Shown: one piece after another, positions 17,584 to 27,049 of the stretch
How the letters are laid out: every line of letters starts with the position of its first letter
Numbering within the stretch: position 1 is the first letter of the stretch
Source of the DNA: Flavobacteriales bacterium
Lineage (GTDB): Bacteria > Bacteroidota > Bacteroidia > Flavobacteriales_F > PHOS-HE28
DNA length: 64,000 nt
Direction: 5' to 3'
Assembly: GCA_041691695.1 (NCBI GenBank)
Contig: JBEPUG010000002.1
Coordinates: 11,100-75,099 of the forward strand
Translations under genes and position numbers: made by a program
The notes under the pieces: generated by a model
Databases searched by the model: none
What the model was told of the DNA's origin: nothing
What the model saw: only the letters and a program-made list of their open reading frames with translations

Positions 17584-17619
17584 CCTCAGGGTCCCCTTCG
17601 GGAGACCGCTGAGGGAGCA
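17584..17619. repeat. 36-nt conserved hairpin element (second copy 41945-41980)
   Basis: CCTCAGGGTCCCCTTCGGGAGACCGCTGAGGGAGCA versus CATCAGGGTCCCCTGCGGGAGACCGCTGATGGAGCA, 33/36 identical. Confidence 0.85.
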
Positions 17620-17633
17620 ATACCCTAGGAGTT

Positions 17634-17656
17634 GCCGCACGGCCTCGCCGTGTGGC
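17634..17656. terminator. 10-bp hairpin downstream of fumC
   Basis: GCCGCACGGC ctc GCCGTGTGGC (one G-T pair on the plus strand). Lies 44 nt past the fumC stop. Confidence 0.35.
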
Positions 17657-17699
17657 GCCTATTCCGTTGCCAAAAGGCGATCCAGCCTTTACGTCCAAC

Positions 17700-19094
17700 C
17701 TACCCCCCACTCACCATCTTCGCCGGGTCCGCCCACGTATCGAAGTCCTGCGCGTTGACGTAGCCTAGCGCGAGCGCTGCCTGCTTCAAGGTGGTGCCTT
17801 CCGTGTGTGCCTTCTTGGCGATCTCGGCGCTCTTGTAGTAGCCGATGTGTGTGTTCAGCGCGGTAACCAGCATCAGGGAGTTCTCCAGGTGCTGCTTTAT
17901 CACCGGCTTGTTCGGCAGCAGTCCTTCCGCGCAGTGGTCATTGAAACTCACGCATGCGTCACCGATCAAATGTGCGCTTTGCAGCACATTCGCAGCGATC
18001 ACCGGCTTGAAGACGTTCAGCTCGAACTGGCCCTGCATGCCGCCGACGCTCACCGCGACATCGTTACCGATCACCTGCGCGCACACCATGGTGAGAGCCT
18101 CGCACTGCGTGGGATTCACCTTGCCGGGCATGATGGACGAGCCGGGTTCGTTGTCCGGGATGATGATCTCGCCGATGCCGCTGCGGGGACCGCTGCTAAG
18201 CATCCGCACGTCGTTGCCGATCTTATTCAGTGAAACGGCCAAGCGCTTAAAGGCACCGCTCAACTCCACCATCGCGTCGTGTGCGGCCAACGCCTCGAAC
18301 TTGTTCGGCGCAGTGATGAAAGGCATTCCGGTGAGCTCCGCGATCTTCTTCGCGACAAGCACGCTGTAGCCCTTCGGCGCATTGAGTCCTGTGCCGACGG
18401 CAGTGCCACCAAGCGCGAGTTGACGCACCATCTCCAGCGCGTTCTCCACGGCGCGCATGCCGTTGTCCAATTGCTGCACGTAACCGCTGATCTCCTGCCC
18501 AAGCGTGAGCGGAGTAGCGTCCATGAAGTGCGTGCGGCCCGTCTTCACAATGTCCTTGAAGTCGTTGCTCTTCTGGGATAGCGTGTCGCGCAGCTTCTTC
18601 ACACCTGGCAGCGTCACCTTGGATGCCGCGGTATAGGCCGCGATATGCATGGCCGTTGGGAAAGTATCATTGCTGCTCTGGCTCTTGTTGACGTCGTCGT
18701 TCGCACTGAGCACTTTCTCCGCGTCGGTAAGCTTGCCGCCTTGCAGCACCTGCGCGCGGTTGGCCACAACCTCGTTGACGTTCATGTTGCTCTGCGTGCC
18801 GCTACCGGTCTGCCAGATCACCAGTGGGAACTGATCGTCCAGTTTATGTGCGAGTATCTCGTCACAGACCTTGCCGATGAGGTCGCATTTCTCCTGCGGC
18901 AGTTTGCCCAGTTCAAGGTTCGCCAATGCGGCGGCCTTCTTCAGGAAAGCGAACGCATGGATGATCTCACCCGGCATGCTCGCGGGCGGTCCGATCTTGA
19001 AGTTGTTGCGGCTGCGCTCGGTCTGTGCGCCCCAGTATTTCTCGGCGGGCACTTTCACCTCGCCCATCGTGTCGTGCTCTATGCGGTATTCCAT
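17700..19094 (-). CDS. fumC: Class II fumarate hydratase
   Basis: 464 aa with signature [16 protein letters not shown]. Confidence 0.95.
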   Translation of the reverse strand: MEYRIEHDTMGEVKVPAEKYWGAQTERSRNNFKIGPPASMPGEIIHAFAFLKKAAALANLELGKLPQEKCDLIGKVCDEILAHKLDDQFPLVIWQTGSGTQSNMNVNEVVANRAQVLQGGKLTDAEKVLSANDDVNKSQSSNDTFPTAMHIAAYTAASKVTLPGVKKLRDTLSQKSNDFKDIVKTGRTHFMDATPLTLGQEISGYVQQLDNGMRAVENALEMVRQLALGGTAVGTGLNAPKGYSVLVAKKIAELTGMPFITAPNKFEALAAHDAMVELSGAFKRLAVSLNKIGNDVRMLSSGPRSGIGEIIIPDNEPGSSIMPGKVNPTQCEALTMVCAQVIGNDVAVSVGGMQGQFELNVFKPVIAANVLQSAHLIGDACVSFNDHCAEGLLPNKPVIKQHLENSLMLVTALNTHIGYYKSAEIAKKAHTEGTTLKQAALALGYVNAQDFDTWADPAKMVSGG

Positions 19095-19121
19095 GGTCTT
19101 TTCGGTACGAGATCTCGCGCC

Positions 19122-19478
19122 TTACTTTTTATCTATCAGTTCCTGCACATTCTCCGTGGGTCTTCCGATCACGGCCGTGTGTCCGCGTATCACAACGGGT
19201 CGCTCGATCAACACCGGATTCTCGTGCATAACACGGATCCATTCGTGTTCGTTCAGCTTTAGCCCCTTGTACTTCTCCTTGTAGAGCGCTTCGCCCTTGC
19301 GCACCAGCTCCGAGGCCGGGACACCGAGCTGCATCACCAGCAGTTCCAGCTCCTTCCGCGTGGGCGTATCCTTCAGGTACTCCACCACTTTTGGCGTGAT
19401 GCCATTGTCCTTCAACAGGGCAAGAGCTTCACGACTCTTGGAGCAGCGGGGGTTGTGGTAGATGGTCCAGTCGGACAT
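19122..19478 (-). CDS. arsC: ArsC-family (glutaredoxin-type) arsenate reductase-like protein
   Basis: Track ORF trimmed to ATG 19478 (MSDWTIYHNPRCSKSREAL...). Confidence 0.7.
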   Translation of the reverse strand: MSDWTIYHNPRCSKSREALALLKDNGITPKVVEYLKDTPTRKELELLVMQLGVPASELVRKGEALYKEKYKGLKLNEHEWIRVMHENPVLIERPVVIRGHTAVIGRPTENVQELIDKK

Positions 19479-19525
19479 GGGAGAAAGTTTACACCACAGA
19501 GGCACGGAGATACACAAAGTTGGAT

Positions 19526-19610
19526 TGTGATCAGTGATGTGGTGATTGGTGATTGGTGATTGAACGACCGCCGACTCAAGGCTCACGACTTCCGGACCCA
19601 CGACTCAAGC
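19526..19610. repeat. GTGAT / (GGTGATT)x3 heptamer array followed by CGACTCAAG direct repeats
   Basis: GGTGATT x3 exact at 19541-19561. CGACTCAAG at 19572 and 19601. Confidence 0.8.
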
Positions 19611-20705
19611 GACCTTCTGGCTCTGTCCGTGTTGCATCAACCAAGCCTTCAGGAACTCGTCGATCTCACCGTTCAGCACATCATCCACGCCGCTGGTCTC
19701 GTAGTCTGTGCGAACGTCCTTCACGAGCTTGTAGGGCTGAAGCACGTAGTTGCGGATCTGGCTGCCCCACTCGATCTTCTTTTTCCCGGCCTCGATCTCG
19801 CTGCGCTTGTTACGGCGACGTTCCAATTCGGCCTCGTAGAGCTGACTCTTCAGCAGTTGCAGTGCCTTGGTCTTGTTGTCCAACTGGCTGCGCGTCTCGG
19901 TGTTCTCGATGATGATGCCCGTGGGCGCGTGGCGTAGGCGTACGCCCGTCTCCACCTTGTTCACGTTCTGGCCCCCGGCACCGCCGCTGCGAAAGGTGTC
20001 CCACGTGATGTCAGCGGGATTGATTTCGATATCGATGCTCTCGTCCACCAAGGGAAAGACGTATACGCTGACGAAGCTGGTGTGGCGCCGCGATTGGCTG
20101 TCGAAGGGGCTGATGCGCACTAGCCGATGCACACCATTCTCGCTCTTCAGCATGCCGAAAGCGAATTCGCCGCCCACCTCCATTGTAGCCTGCTTGATTC
20201 CCGCCGCCTCACCGTCCTGATAGTCGAGGATCTTCACTTGATAGCCGCTCTTCTCAGCCCACATTCGGTACATGCGAAGTAGCATCAACGCCCAGTCGTT
20301 GCTTTCGGTGCCGCCTGCGCCACTGGTGATCTGCACCACCGCACTCAACGGATCTTCCTCAGCGCTGAGCATGTTCTTGAACTCCAACTCCTCCAAGGCA
20401 GCAGCGGCCTTCTTGAATTGCGCCTCCAGCTCGTCCTCGCTGGCTTCCTTGGCCTTGAAAAATTCATAGGTCACGCCCGCGTCGTCCACCTCACGCTTCA
20501 CGTTCTCATACATCACTACCCAGCGCTTCAACTCGCGGATCTTGTGCAAAACCGCTTGTGCCTTCTTTTGGCTGTTCCAGAAATCCGGGTCGAGGGTATA
20601 CTTCTCTTCCTCCAGGATGCGCCCGCGCTTCTCCTCGATGTCCAAATAGCCCTTCAATGCATCGAGACGCTGGACGAGGTCGTTGATCTTGTCGATCGTG
20701 ATCAT
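19605..20705 (-). CDS. prfB: Peptide chain release factor 2
   Basis: 366 aa with SPF (RISPFDS) and GGQ (GGAGGQNVN) motifs. Encoded as one uninterrupted frame. Confidence 0.95.
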   Translation of the reverse strand: MITIDKINDLVQRLDALKGYLDIEEKRGRILEEEKYTLDPDFWNSQKKAQAVLHKIRELKRWVVMYENVKREVDDAGVTYEFFKAKEASEDELEAQFKKAAAALEELEFKNMLSAEEDPLSAVVQITSGAGGTESNDWALMLLRMYRMWAEKSGYQVKILDYQDGEAAGIKQATMEVGGEFAFGMLKSENGVHRLVRISPFDSQSRRHTSFVSVYVFPLVDESIDIEINPADITWDTFRSGGAGGQNVNKVETGVRLRHAPTGIIIENTETRSQLDNKTKALQLLKSQLYEAELERRRNKRSEIEAGKKKIEWGSQIRNYVLQPYKLVKDVRTDYETSGVDDVLNGEIDEFLKAWLMQHGQSQKVA

Positions 20706-20759
20706 GGTGCGGGAAGGGACGGTTCTTGCGGGCCGCGAAAGTACGGCGCAGGGGCCGCT

Positions 20760-21254
20760 TCAGGAACGACGACGCCGTCCAGTTTGGCTATCCATCGCCT
20801 CCAATGCCGCCTCTATCCGCTCACGGGAAAAACCCTTTCCGAGGAAATAGCGCACCACCCTCCCTTTCCGGATGAACGGCACTTCGTCCTTTGCCCGTTC
20901 CCAACGCTTCGCTACAGCTATTCGGAGTTGCTGGTCCTCCTCACTCTCGTCGATGGCCGCCAAACCCGATGCGATGCAGCGTTCCGAAACACTTTTGGCC
21001 TTCAGCGCCTGCTCGATCTTCCGTCGGCCCCAGCCCTTCTGCCGCGACTTACTCACCGCATAGTGCTTAGCGAATCGCGCCTCGTTCAGGAAGCCTTCAC
21101 CGATCAGCTGCGCGATCACCTGTTCCACCTGCTCCCGATGCGCGCCCCAAGCATAGGACTTGTCCCGCACTTCCTGCTGGCAACGCTCTTGGCGGGCGCA
21201 GTAGGCACGGGCCTTGGCGAGGAGTTCCTTTTCGGAGAATTGATGATCAGCCAT
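20760..21254 (-). CDS. recX: Regulatory protein RecX
   Basis: 164 aa. Helical repeat sequence typical of RecX (ARAYCARQERCQQEVRDK..., GWGRRKIEQALKAKSV). Confidence 0.8.
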   Translation of the reverse strand: MADHQFSEKELLAKARAYCARQERCQQEVRDKSYAWGAHREQVEQVIAQLIGEGFLNEARFAKHYAVSKSRQKGWGRRKIEQALKAKSVSERCIASGLAAIDESEEDQQLRIAVAKRWERAKDEVPFIRKGRVVRYFLGKGFSRERIEAALEAMDSQTGRRRRS

Positions 21255-21348
21255 TAGCCGCCAACTTCAAGCCACAAGCTTACCTACCGCAAGCATTTCA
21301 GCACCAACCCAAGCTTGCAGCTTGAGGCTAATGGCTTGAAGCTCGAAG
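21254..21348. repeat. Imperfect long inverted repeat built from the words TTAGCC / CTTCAAGCC / CAAGCTT
   Basis: Left arm 21254-21281, right arm 21311-21348. The 12-mer AAGCCACAAGCT is also at 44810-44821. Confidence 0.7.
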
Positions 21349-21361
21349 AAGACCAGAAGAA

Positions 21362-22912
21362 CTAAACCTGCACTTCCTTCCCCTCGCCATCGAAGACGTG
21401 GAACTCGAGGTAGCGGCTGGAACCTTGAGGCACCACCTTCACCCATTTCTTCCAGCGCCACCACCACTTTTGCTGAATGCTCGGCAGGCCCTTGGTGAAG
21501 TAGGCCGCGACGAAGGGATGTACGTGCAGGCTGATGCCGCTCATGTCCTTTTCTGAGAGCAGGTAGTTGAGGCCGTTCTCGATCTCGTCGATGATGAGGA
21601 CCGGTGCACTCACCTCGCCGCTGCCTCCGCAGGTGGGGCAGGCTTCGCTGGTGTCGATCTCCGTCTCGGGACGCACTCGTTGGCGCGTCATCTCGATCAC
21701 GCCGAATTTGCTTGGCGGCAGGACGTTGTGCTTGGCCTTGTCATCCTCCATGGCGTCCTTCAACACCTTGTGCAGGATGCGCCGGTTCTCCGCTTCATAG
21801 AGGTCGATGAAATCCACGCAGATGATGCCGCCCATGTCGCGCAAACGCAGCAAGCGGGCGATCTCCTTGGCGGCTTCCACGTTGGTGTCCAGCGCGTTCT
21901 GCTCCTGATCGTTGCGTCCGCCCTTGCGGCTTCCGCTGTTCACATCGACCACGTGCATGGCCTCCGTCTTCTCGACGATGAGATAGGCTCCGCTGGGCAG
22001 CATCACTTGCCGACCGAAGGCCTGCTTGATCTGCTTGTTGATCCCGTAATTGTCAAAGATGTCGAGCTTGCCCTTGTAGTGCTTTACGATGTCGCTCTTC
22101 TCCGGGGCGGTGCGTGCGATGGTCTCCTTCACTTCCTCATAGAGCAGCTCATCGTCCACGATGATGCTGGTGAAGTCCTTGTTCAGAACGTCGCGGAGCA
22201 CCGCGTTGGTGCGATCGATCTCACCGAGCACCTGCTTCGGCGGCATCGCGGTGCGCAGGTTGCGGAACATCTCGTCCCAGCGCTGCAAGAGGCTCTTCAG
22301 GTCGGCTTCGAGGTCCTCGGTGGCCTTGCCTTCCGCGTTGGTGCGGATGATCACGCCGAAGTTCTTCGGGCGGATCGCCTGCATCAAAGACTTCAGGCGT
22401 TTGCGCTCCGTCTCGTCCGTGAGACGGCTGCTGATGCTGACCTTGTTGATGAAAGGTACCAGCACCATGTAGCGACCGGCGAGGGTGACTTCCGCAGTGA
22501 GGCGCGGACCCTTGGTGCTGATGGGCTCTTTGGCGATCTGTACCAGAATGCTCTGGCTTGCGCTTAGCGCCTCGGCCAACTTGCCTTCCTTGCTGATGTC
22601 CGGCTCCAGCTTCCAATCTTCCAAGAGGGAGGTCTTCAGCGTACCGGCAACGGCGGCCTTGGCGAATTTATAGCTGTTGCGGTATTGCGGACCGAGGTCG
22701 TAATAGTGCAGGAAGGCGTCCTTCTCATGCCCTACGTCCACGAAGGCCGCATTGAGGCCAGGCGCCACTTTCCGCACCTTGGCGAGATAGATGTCGCCGA
22801 CTGCAAAGCCCCGCTCGGTCCTCTCGCGGTGCAGCTCCATGAGGAGCTTGTCGCGCAGGACGGCGATGGCTACTTCGCTCCCTTGGGAGCGGATGATCAG
22901 ATCTACGCTCAC
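21362..22912 (-). CDS. rng: Ribonuclease G/E family endoribonuclease
   Basis: 516 aa. S1-like N-terminus (GDIYLAKVRKVAPGLNAAFVDVG) plus an RNase E/G catalytic core (VVDVNSG, GGIICVDFID). Confidence 0.9.
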   Translation of the reverse strand: MSVDLIIRSQGSEVAIAVLRDKLLMELHRERTERGFAVGDIYLAKVRKVAPGLNAAFVDVGHEKDAFLHYYDLGPQYRNSYKFAKAAVAGTLKTSLLEDWKLEPDISKEGKLAEALSASQSILVQIAKEPISTKGPRLTAEVTLAGRYMVLVPFINKVSISSRLTDETERKRLKSLMQAIRPKNFGVIIRTNAEGKATEDLEADLKSLLQRWDEMFRNLRTAMPPKQVLGEIDRTNAVLRDVLNKDFTSIIVDDELLYEEVKETIARTAPEKSDIVKHYKGKLDIFDNYGINKQIKQAFGRQVMLPSGAYLIVEKTEAMHVVDVNSGSRKGGRNDQEQNALDTNVEAAKEIARLLRLRDMGGIICVDFIDLYEAENRRILHKVLKDAMEDDKAKHNVLPPSKFGVIEMTRQRVRPETEIDTSEACPTCGGSGEVSAPVLIIDEIENGLNYLLSEKDMSGISLHVHPFVAAYFTKGLPSIQQKWWWRWKKWVKVVPQGSSRYLEFHVFDGEGKEVQV

Positions 22913-23012
22913 AGGAGAAGGGTCGGGTTACGCGCCGCGAAGGCGCAGTTACCGGCACGCACAAGCCCGCGTTCCGCCTATCGCGGAACGGGGCCATGCC
23001 GGGCATCACTGC

Positions 23013-23108
23013 CTACCGGTTCTTCTTCTTGTGACGGTTCTTGCGCAAACGCTTCTTCCGTTTGTGCGTGGCCATTTTATGGCGCTTCCGTTTTTTACCG
23101 CAGGGCAT
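23013..23108 (-). CDS. Tiny Lys/Arg-rich protein, bS22 / AURKAIP1-COX24-like putative ribosomal protein
   Basis: Not in the ORF track (31 aa). My translation is MPCGKKRKRHKMATHKRKKRLRKNRHKKKNR*, with ATG at 23108-23106 and TAG at 23015-23013. It starts 3 nt after the TPR gene stop. From memory, it closely resembles tiny basic proteins annotated this way in Bacteroidota. Confidence 0.7.
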   Translation of the reverse strand: MPCGKKRKRHKMATHKRKKRLRKNRHKKKNR

Positions 23109-23111
23109 GGG

Positions 23112-23681
23112 CTAGTGTTTTTTCTTTGTCTTAATGTCGGCGATGTACCGGTCCGCGCCATTGATCTGGGCGGTGTCGGTCACCAGTGTCTTGTAGGTCT
23201 CGAGGGCCGAGATGGCCTTGTCCGAACTATCCAGGGTCGCGTAAGCTTGGCCGAGGTAGGCGTAAGCGTCCGGGTAGCCCTTAGGGTCGAGGACGATCAC
23301 CTTGTTGAAGCGCTCCATGGCCTTGTCGTACTGGCCGGTCTGCCAGCTGAAAAGACCTAGGTGGTATTGCGCTTCCACGTTGTTCGACTCTTGATCCGCC
23401 AATGCCTTCAACTTAAGTATGGTCTGCATTGGCGGCTGACCAGCGGCTAGTTCGCTTAGGATGGCGGAGACCTTGAGGTCCTTGCTGGTCATCCCCTCGC
23501 GTGGGCCATCAGCCTTTGGAGTAGAACCACTATTGGGGTCTTCGCTTACACGGGCCGAAGCGGCCTCCGCGACATTTTTGCTTGCAGCGTCCGATGGTGT
23601 GCGCGGAGCCAAAGCGAGTAGCACTACCACCACGACGGCGGCGGCGATCATCAGCCAATGGTTGCGCTTGAGGCCCATCAC
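23112..23681 (-). CDS. TPR-repeat protein with N-terminal membrane anchor
   Basis: 189 aa with a hydrophobic N-terminus (WLMIAAAVVVVVLLALA) and TPR-like AQYHLGLFSWQTGQYDKAMERF / AYAYLGQAYATL. Confidence 0.75.
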   Translation of the reverse strand: MMGLKRNHWLMIAAAVVVVVLLALAPRTPSDAASKNVAEAASARVSEDPNSGSTPKADGPREGMTSKDLKVSAILSELAAGQPPMQTILKLKALADQESNNVEAQYHLGLFSWQTGQYDKAMERFNKVIVLDPKGYPDAYAYLGQAYATLDSSDKAISALETYKTLVTDTAQINGADRYIADIKTKKKH

Positions 23682-23968
23682 TTCTTGCTGGAACGGTTTT
23701 TCACCTTGTCAACGAAGACGTCAGCGGGCTTGAAGAAGGGAACGTCGTGGGCCGGGATGATGATGGTGGTATTGTTCTTCAGGATGCGGCCGGTCTTCTG
23801 CGCGCGGTGCTTCACCAGAAAGCTGCCGAAGCCGCGCAAATGCACGTCCTCACCGGACTCGAGGTTTTTCTTCACCTCGTCCATGAACGCTTCGATGGTC
23901 CCCAGGACCACGCCGCGTTCGATGCCCGTACGCTTGCTGATGTTGCTGACCAATTCCGCCTTCGTCAT
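23678..23968 (-). CDS. HU family DNA-binding protein
   Basis: Track ORF trimmed to ATG 23968 (MTKAELVSNISKRTG...RGFGSFLVKHRAQKTGR). Confidence 0.9.
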   Translation of the reverse strand: MTKAELVSNISKRTGIERGVVLGTIEAFMDEVKKNLESGEDVHLRGFGSFLVKHRAQKTGRILKNNTTIIIPAHDVPFFKPADVFVDKVKNRSSKK

Positions 23969-24040
23969 AACCCGTCCTCCTTTTTTCGGGCTGCGAAGAT
24001 AGCGTTTGTCTTCGGTCCGACAACGCATCTTTGTCCCTGT

Positions 24041-25090
24041 ATGTCAAGCCAATTGTGGTTCAGCAGAAAGCTTTTGCCGTGGTACCAGGAGCATCACAGG
24101 CCCCTGCCGTGGCGGGAAACCCGCGACCCGTACCGCATTTGGCTCAGCGAGGTGATGCTGCAACAAACGCGCGTGGAGCAGGGCCTAGGCTACTACCTGC
24201 GTTTCACGGAACGCTGGCACACAGTGGCGGAGCTGGCGGCTGCGCACGAGAACGAGGTACTCAAGGAATGGCAGGGGCTGGGGTACTACAGCCGCGCGCG
24301 TAACCTGCTGACCGCTGCACGGCAGGTGATGCATGAGCATGAAGGGCGATTCCCCGATACTCACAGCGAATTGCTCGGACTGAAGGGTGTGGGCGACTAT
24401 ACTGCCGCTGCTATCGCCTCCATCTGTTTCGACCGGCCCGATGCAGTGGTGGATGGCAATGTCTACCGCGTCCTCGCCCGCGTCTTCGGGATCAAAACGC
24501 CCATCGACAGCACGATCGGGCGGAAGCAATTCAAGGAGCTGGCCACCGAACTTTTGGACCCCAAGCATCCCGGCGACCACAACCAGGCGGTGATGGAACT
24601 CGGCGCCACCGTCTGCACGCCGAAGAGCCCGGACTGTGCGCATTGTCCGCTGCAAGAGAAATGTATCGCTTTCGTCACGGGGAAGGTCTCAAGTCTGCCG
24701 GTGAAGCATGGGAAAACGAAAACCCGCGACCGCTTCTTCAACTATCTGCATATCGCATCGGCGAAGGGCATCGCCATGCATCAACGCCAAGGAAAGGACA
24801 TCTGGACGGGGCTCTTCGAGTTGCCGCTGATCGAAAGCGAGCGCCCCTTGACGCGCCGATCAATGGTAAGCCTGCTGGAGAAGACCTTCGGAAAAGGGTG
24901 GTCCGTTGCGACCGGACCAGTAAAGGCCCGCCATGTTCTCAGCCATCAGATCATCCATGCGGTGTTCTGGAAGACCCTTCCGCCCAAGAAATTCAAACTG
25001 CCGGAGGATTGGAAGGTGATCCCAGCGGCGAAGGTTGCGGAGTTGGCCGTGCCTCGCTTGATCGATCGGTGGATGAAGGGGGAACTATAA
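24041..25090 (+). CDS. mutY: A/G-specific adenine DNA glycosylase
   Basis: Track ORF 23747..25090 trimmed to ATG 24041 (MSSQLWFSRKLLPWYQEHHRPLPWR). HhH-GPD LKGVGDYTAAAI. Fe-S cluster CTPKSPDCAHCPLQEKC. Confidence 0.92.
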   Translation: MSSQLWFSRKLLPWYQEHHRPLPWRETRDPYRIWLSEVMLQQTRVEQGLGYYLRFTERWHTVAELAAAHENEVLKEWQGLGYYSRARNLLTAARQVMHEHEGRFPDTHSELLGLKGVGDYTAAAIASICFDRPDAVVDGNVYRVLARVFGIKTPIDSTIGRKQFKELATELLDPKHPGDHNQAVMELGATVCTPKSPDCAHCPLQEKCIAFVTGKVSSLPVKHGKTKTRDRFFNYLHIASAKGIAMHQRQGKDIWTGLFELPLIESERPLTRRSMVSLLEKTFGKGWSVATGPVKARHVLSHQIIHAVFWKTLPPKKFKLPEDWKVIPAAKVAELAVPRLIDRWMKGEL

Positions 25091-25267
25091 GGTGCACTTA
25101 TTCGCAAGCCTCTCCAAAAACGTCATTGCGACTCTACACTTGCCGTGATAGATTCCGTGAAGAGGATTGAAAGCGCGCCACGGACACTGTTTCTTGAGTG
25201 GATTTCGGATCTCATCCACCGCGCCGCATTTTCCAAAAGCTATCTTCGCTCTCCCAACCCTATCCCT

Positions 25268-25699
25268 ATGAGCGGCGTGAACAAAGTGATCCTGATCGGC
25301 AACCTCGGCGCAGATCCCGAGATACGGCACCTGCAGAACGGCGTTTCCGTTGCCAACTTCCGCATCGCTACCAGCGAGGTGTATAAGGACAAGACAACCG
25401 GCGAGAAGCGCGAGCAGACCGAATGGCACAGCATCGTGGCCTGGCGCGGCTTGGCGGAGATCACCGAGAAGTATCTGAAGAAGGGCAGCAAGGTCTACGT
25501 GGAAGGGAAACTGCGCACGCGCAAGTGGGAGAAGGACGGCATCGACCGTTATACCACAGAGGTCATGGCCGATGAGATGAGCCTACTGGACCGCCCCACC
25601 GGAGAGCGCTCCAACGAGCCTGCACCCCAGCGCCAAACACAGGCTGCCTCGGCTTCCACCGCTGCGGACCAAGGCGAGGACGATGACCTTCCCTTCTGA
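25268..25699 (+). CDS. ssb: Single-stranded DNA-binding protein
   Basis: Trimmed to ATG 25268 ([18 protein letters not shown]...). Acidic tail DDDLPF. Confidence 0.93.
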   Translation: MSGVNKVILIGNLGADPEIRHLQNGVSVANFRIATSEVYKDKTTGEKREQTEWHSIVAWRGLAEITEKYLKKGSKVYVEGKLRTRKWEKDGIDRYTTEVMADEMSLLDRPTGERSNEPAPQRQTQAASASTAADQGEDDDLPF

Positions 25700-25765
25700 G
25701 CCCGTGCGACGACGACGCCTACCCGCCCGCCTTTTCGTGCTCAACCCTGAAGCGCTTGCCTGCTG

Positions 25766-27049
25766 ATGGGCCACTTCGACGTTTTGACGATCGTCGCCCT
25801 GATCAGCATCGTGGTGCTGCTCATCGTTTCAGCCTTCACAGCTGCTAGCGAAGTGGCGCTGTTCTCACTCAACGCAACGCACCTCCGCGACCTGAAGGAG
25901 CGTGGCGGTAAGAGCGGTCTAGCTGTTCTCGACCTGCTCTCCAAGCCGCGTCGGCTGTTGGCCACCATCCTCGTGACGAACAACTTCGCCAACATTGCCA
26001 TCACGGTGCTGTCCACCATCGCCATCAAGGGCCTCTTCGACCTCGGCGTGATGTCGGCGAATCTGCTCTTTGTGATCCAAGTTGTTGCCGTCACTACCAT
26101 CATCCTGCTGCTGGGCGAGGTGCTTCCAAAGGTCTACGCCACATCCCATCCGATGCGCGTGGCACAAGCTTTCAGCACGCCGCTATTAGGCCTGCGTTAC
26201 TTCTGGGGCCCGATGACGAAGCTGCTGCTGGGCACCACCTCCTTCATCGAGAAGCGCTACAAGAAGCGCACGAAGAACGTGGACGTGGACACCCTCGGTC
26301 ATGCGCTGGAACTGACCAACGACGCGAGCACCACGGCGGAAGAACAGCGGATACTCACCGGCATCATCAAGTTCGGCAACATCGAGGCCCGGCAGGTAAT
26401 GCGCGCCCGCACGGAGATGACCGCCTTTAACAAGGAGATCAGCTTCAAGGAACTCATGGCAGCGATCGTCGAGAGTGGTTTCTCACGCGTGCCGGTCTAC
26501 GAGGAGACCGCCGACCGCGTGGCAGGCATCCTTTACATCAAGGACGTGCTGCCGCATATCGACGCGGCGGACTTTGACTGGAACAAACTGCTACGCCCCG
26601 CCTATTTCGTTCCGGAGAACAAGAAACTCGATGAACTGCTGAAGGAATTCCAGAAGAAGCACGTCCACCTCGCCATCGTGGTGGACGAATACGGCGGCAC
26701 CAGCGGGCTCGTCACCTTGGAGGACGTGATCGAGGAGATCGTGGGGGAGATCACCGACGAGTACGATGATGTGGACCTGATCTACAGCAAGCTCGATGAG
26801 CGCACATTCGTCTTCGAGGGCCGCGCGCCACTCACCGACATGTACCGCGTTCTCGGCATCGACGGCAAGCTCTTCGAGGACCACAAAGGCGACAGCGAGA
26901 CCTTGGGCGGCTTCGTGCTGGAACTCACCGGACGCATTCCGCAAAAGGCCGAGCGCGTATCCTTGCAGAACTTTGACTTCACAGTGGAAAGCGCCGATAA
27001 CAAGCGGGTCCGTCGGGTGAAAGTGCACATGCGGGATGAAGCGGCTTAA
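25766..27049 (+). CDS. gldE: Gliding motility-associated protein GldE (DUF21-CBS-CorC type)
   Basis: 427 aa with an N-terminal 4-TM DUF21, a CBS pair and a CorC C-terminus. mutY-ssb-gldE-gldD synteny as in Flavobacterium. Confidence 0.8.
   Translation: MGHFDVLTIVALISIVVLLIVSAFTAASEVALFSLNATHLRDLKERGGKSGLAVLDLLSKPRRLLATILVTNNFANIAITVLSTIAIKGLFDLGVMSANLLFVIQVVAVTTIILLLGEVLPKVYATSHPMRVAQAFSTPLLGLRYFWGPMTKLLLGTTSFIEKRYKKRTKNVDVDTLGHALELTNDASTTAEEQRILTGIIKFGNIEARQVMRARTEMTAFNKEISFKELMAAIVESGFSRVPVYEETADRVAGILYIKDVLPHIDAADFDWNKLLRPAYFVPENKKLDELLKEFQKKHVHLAIVVDEYGGTSGLVTLEDVIEEIVGEITDEYDDVDLIYSKLDERTFVFEGRAPLTDMYRVLGIDGKLFEDHKGDSETLGGFVLELTGRIPQKAERVSLQNFDFTVESADNKRVRRVKVHMRDEAA

Noticed and set aside
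19605-20705. Looked for the programmed +1 frameshift site typical of many prfB genes.
   Set aside because: The gene is one uninterrupted 366-codon frame. The region corresponding to the usual shift site reads GGC TAT TTG GAC (GYLD) with no in-frame TGA.
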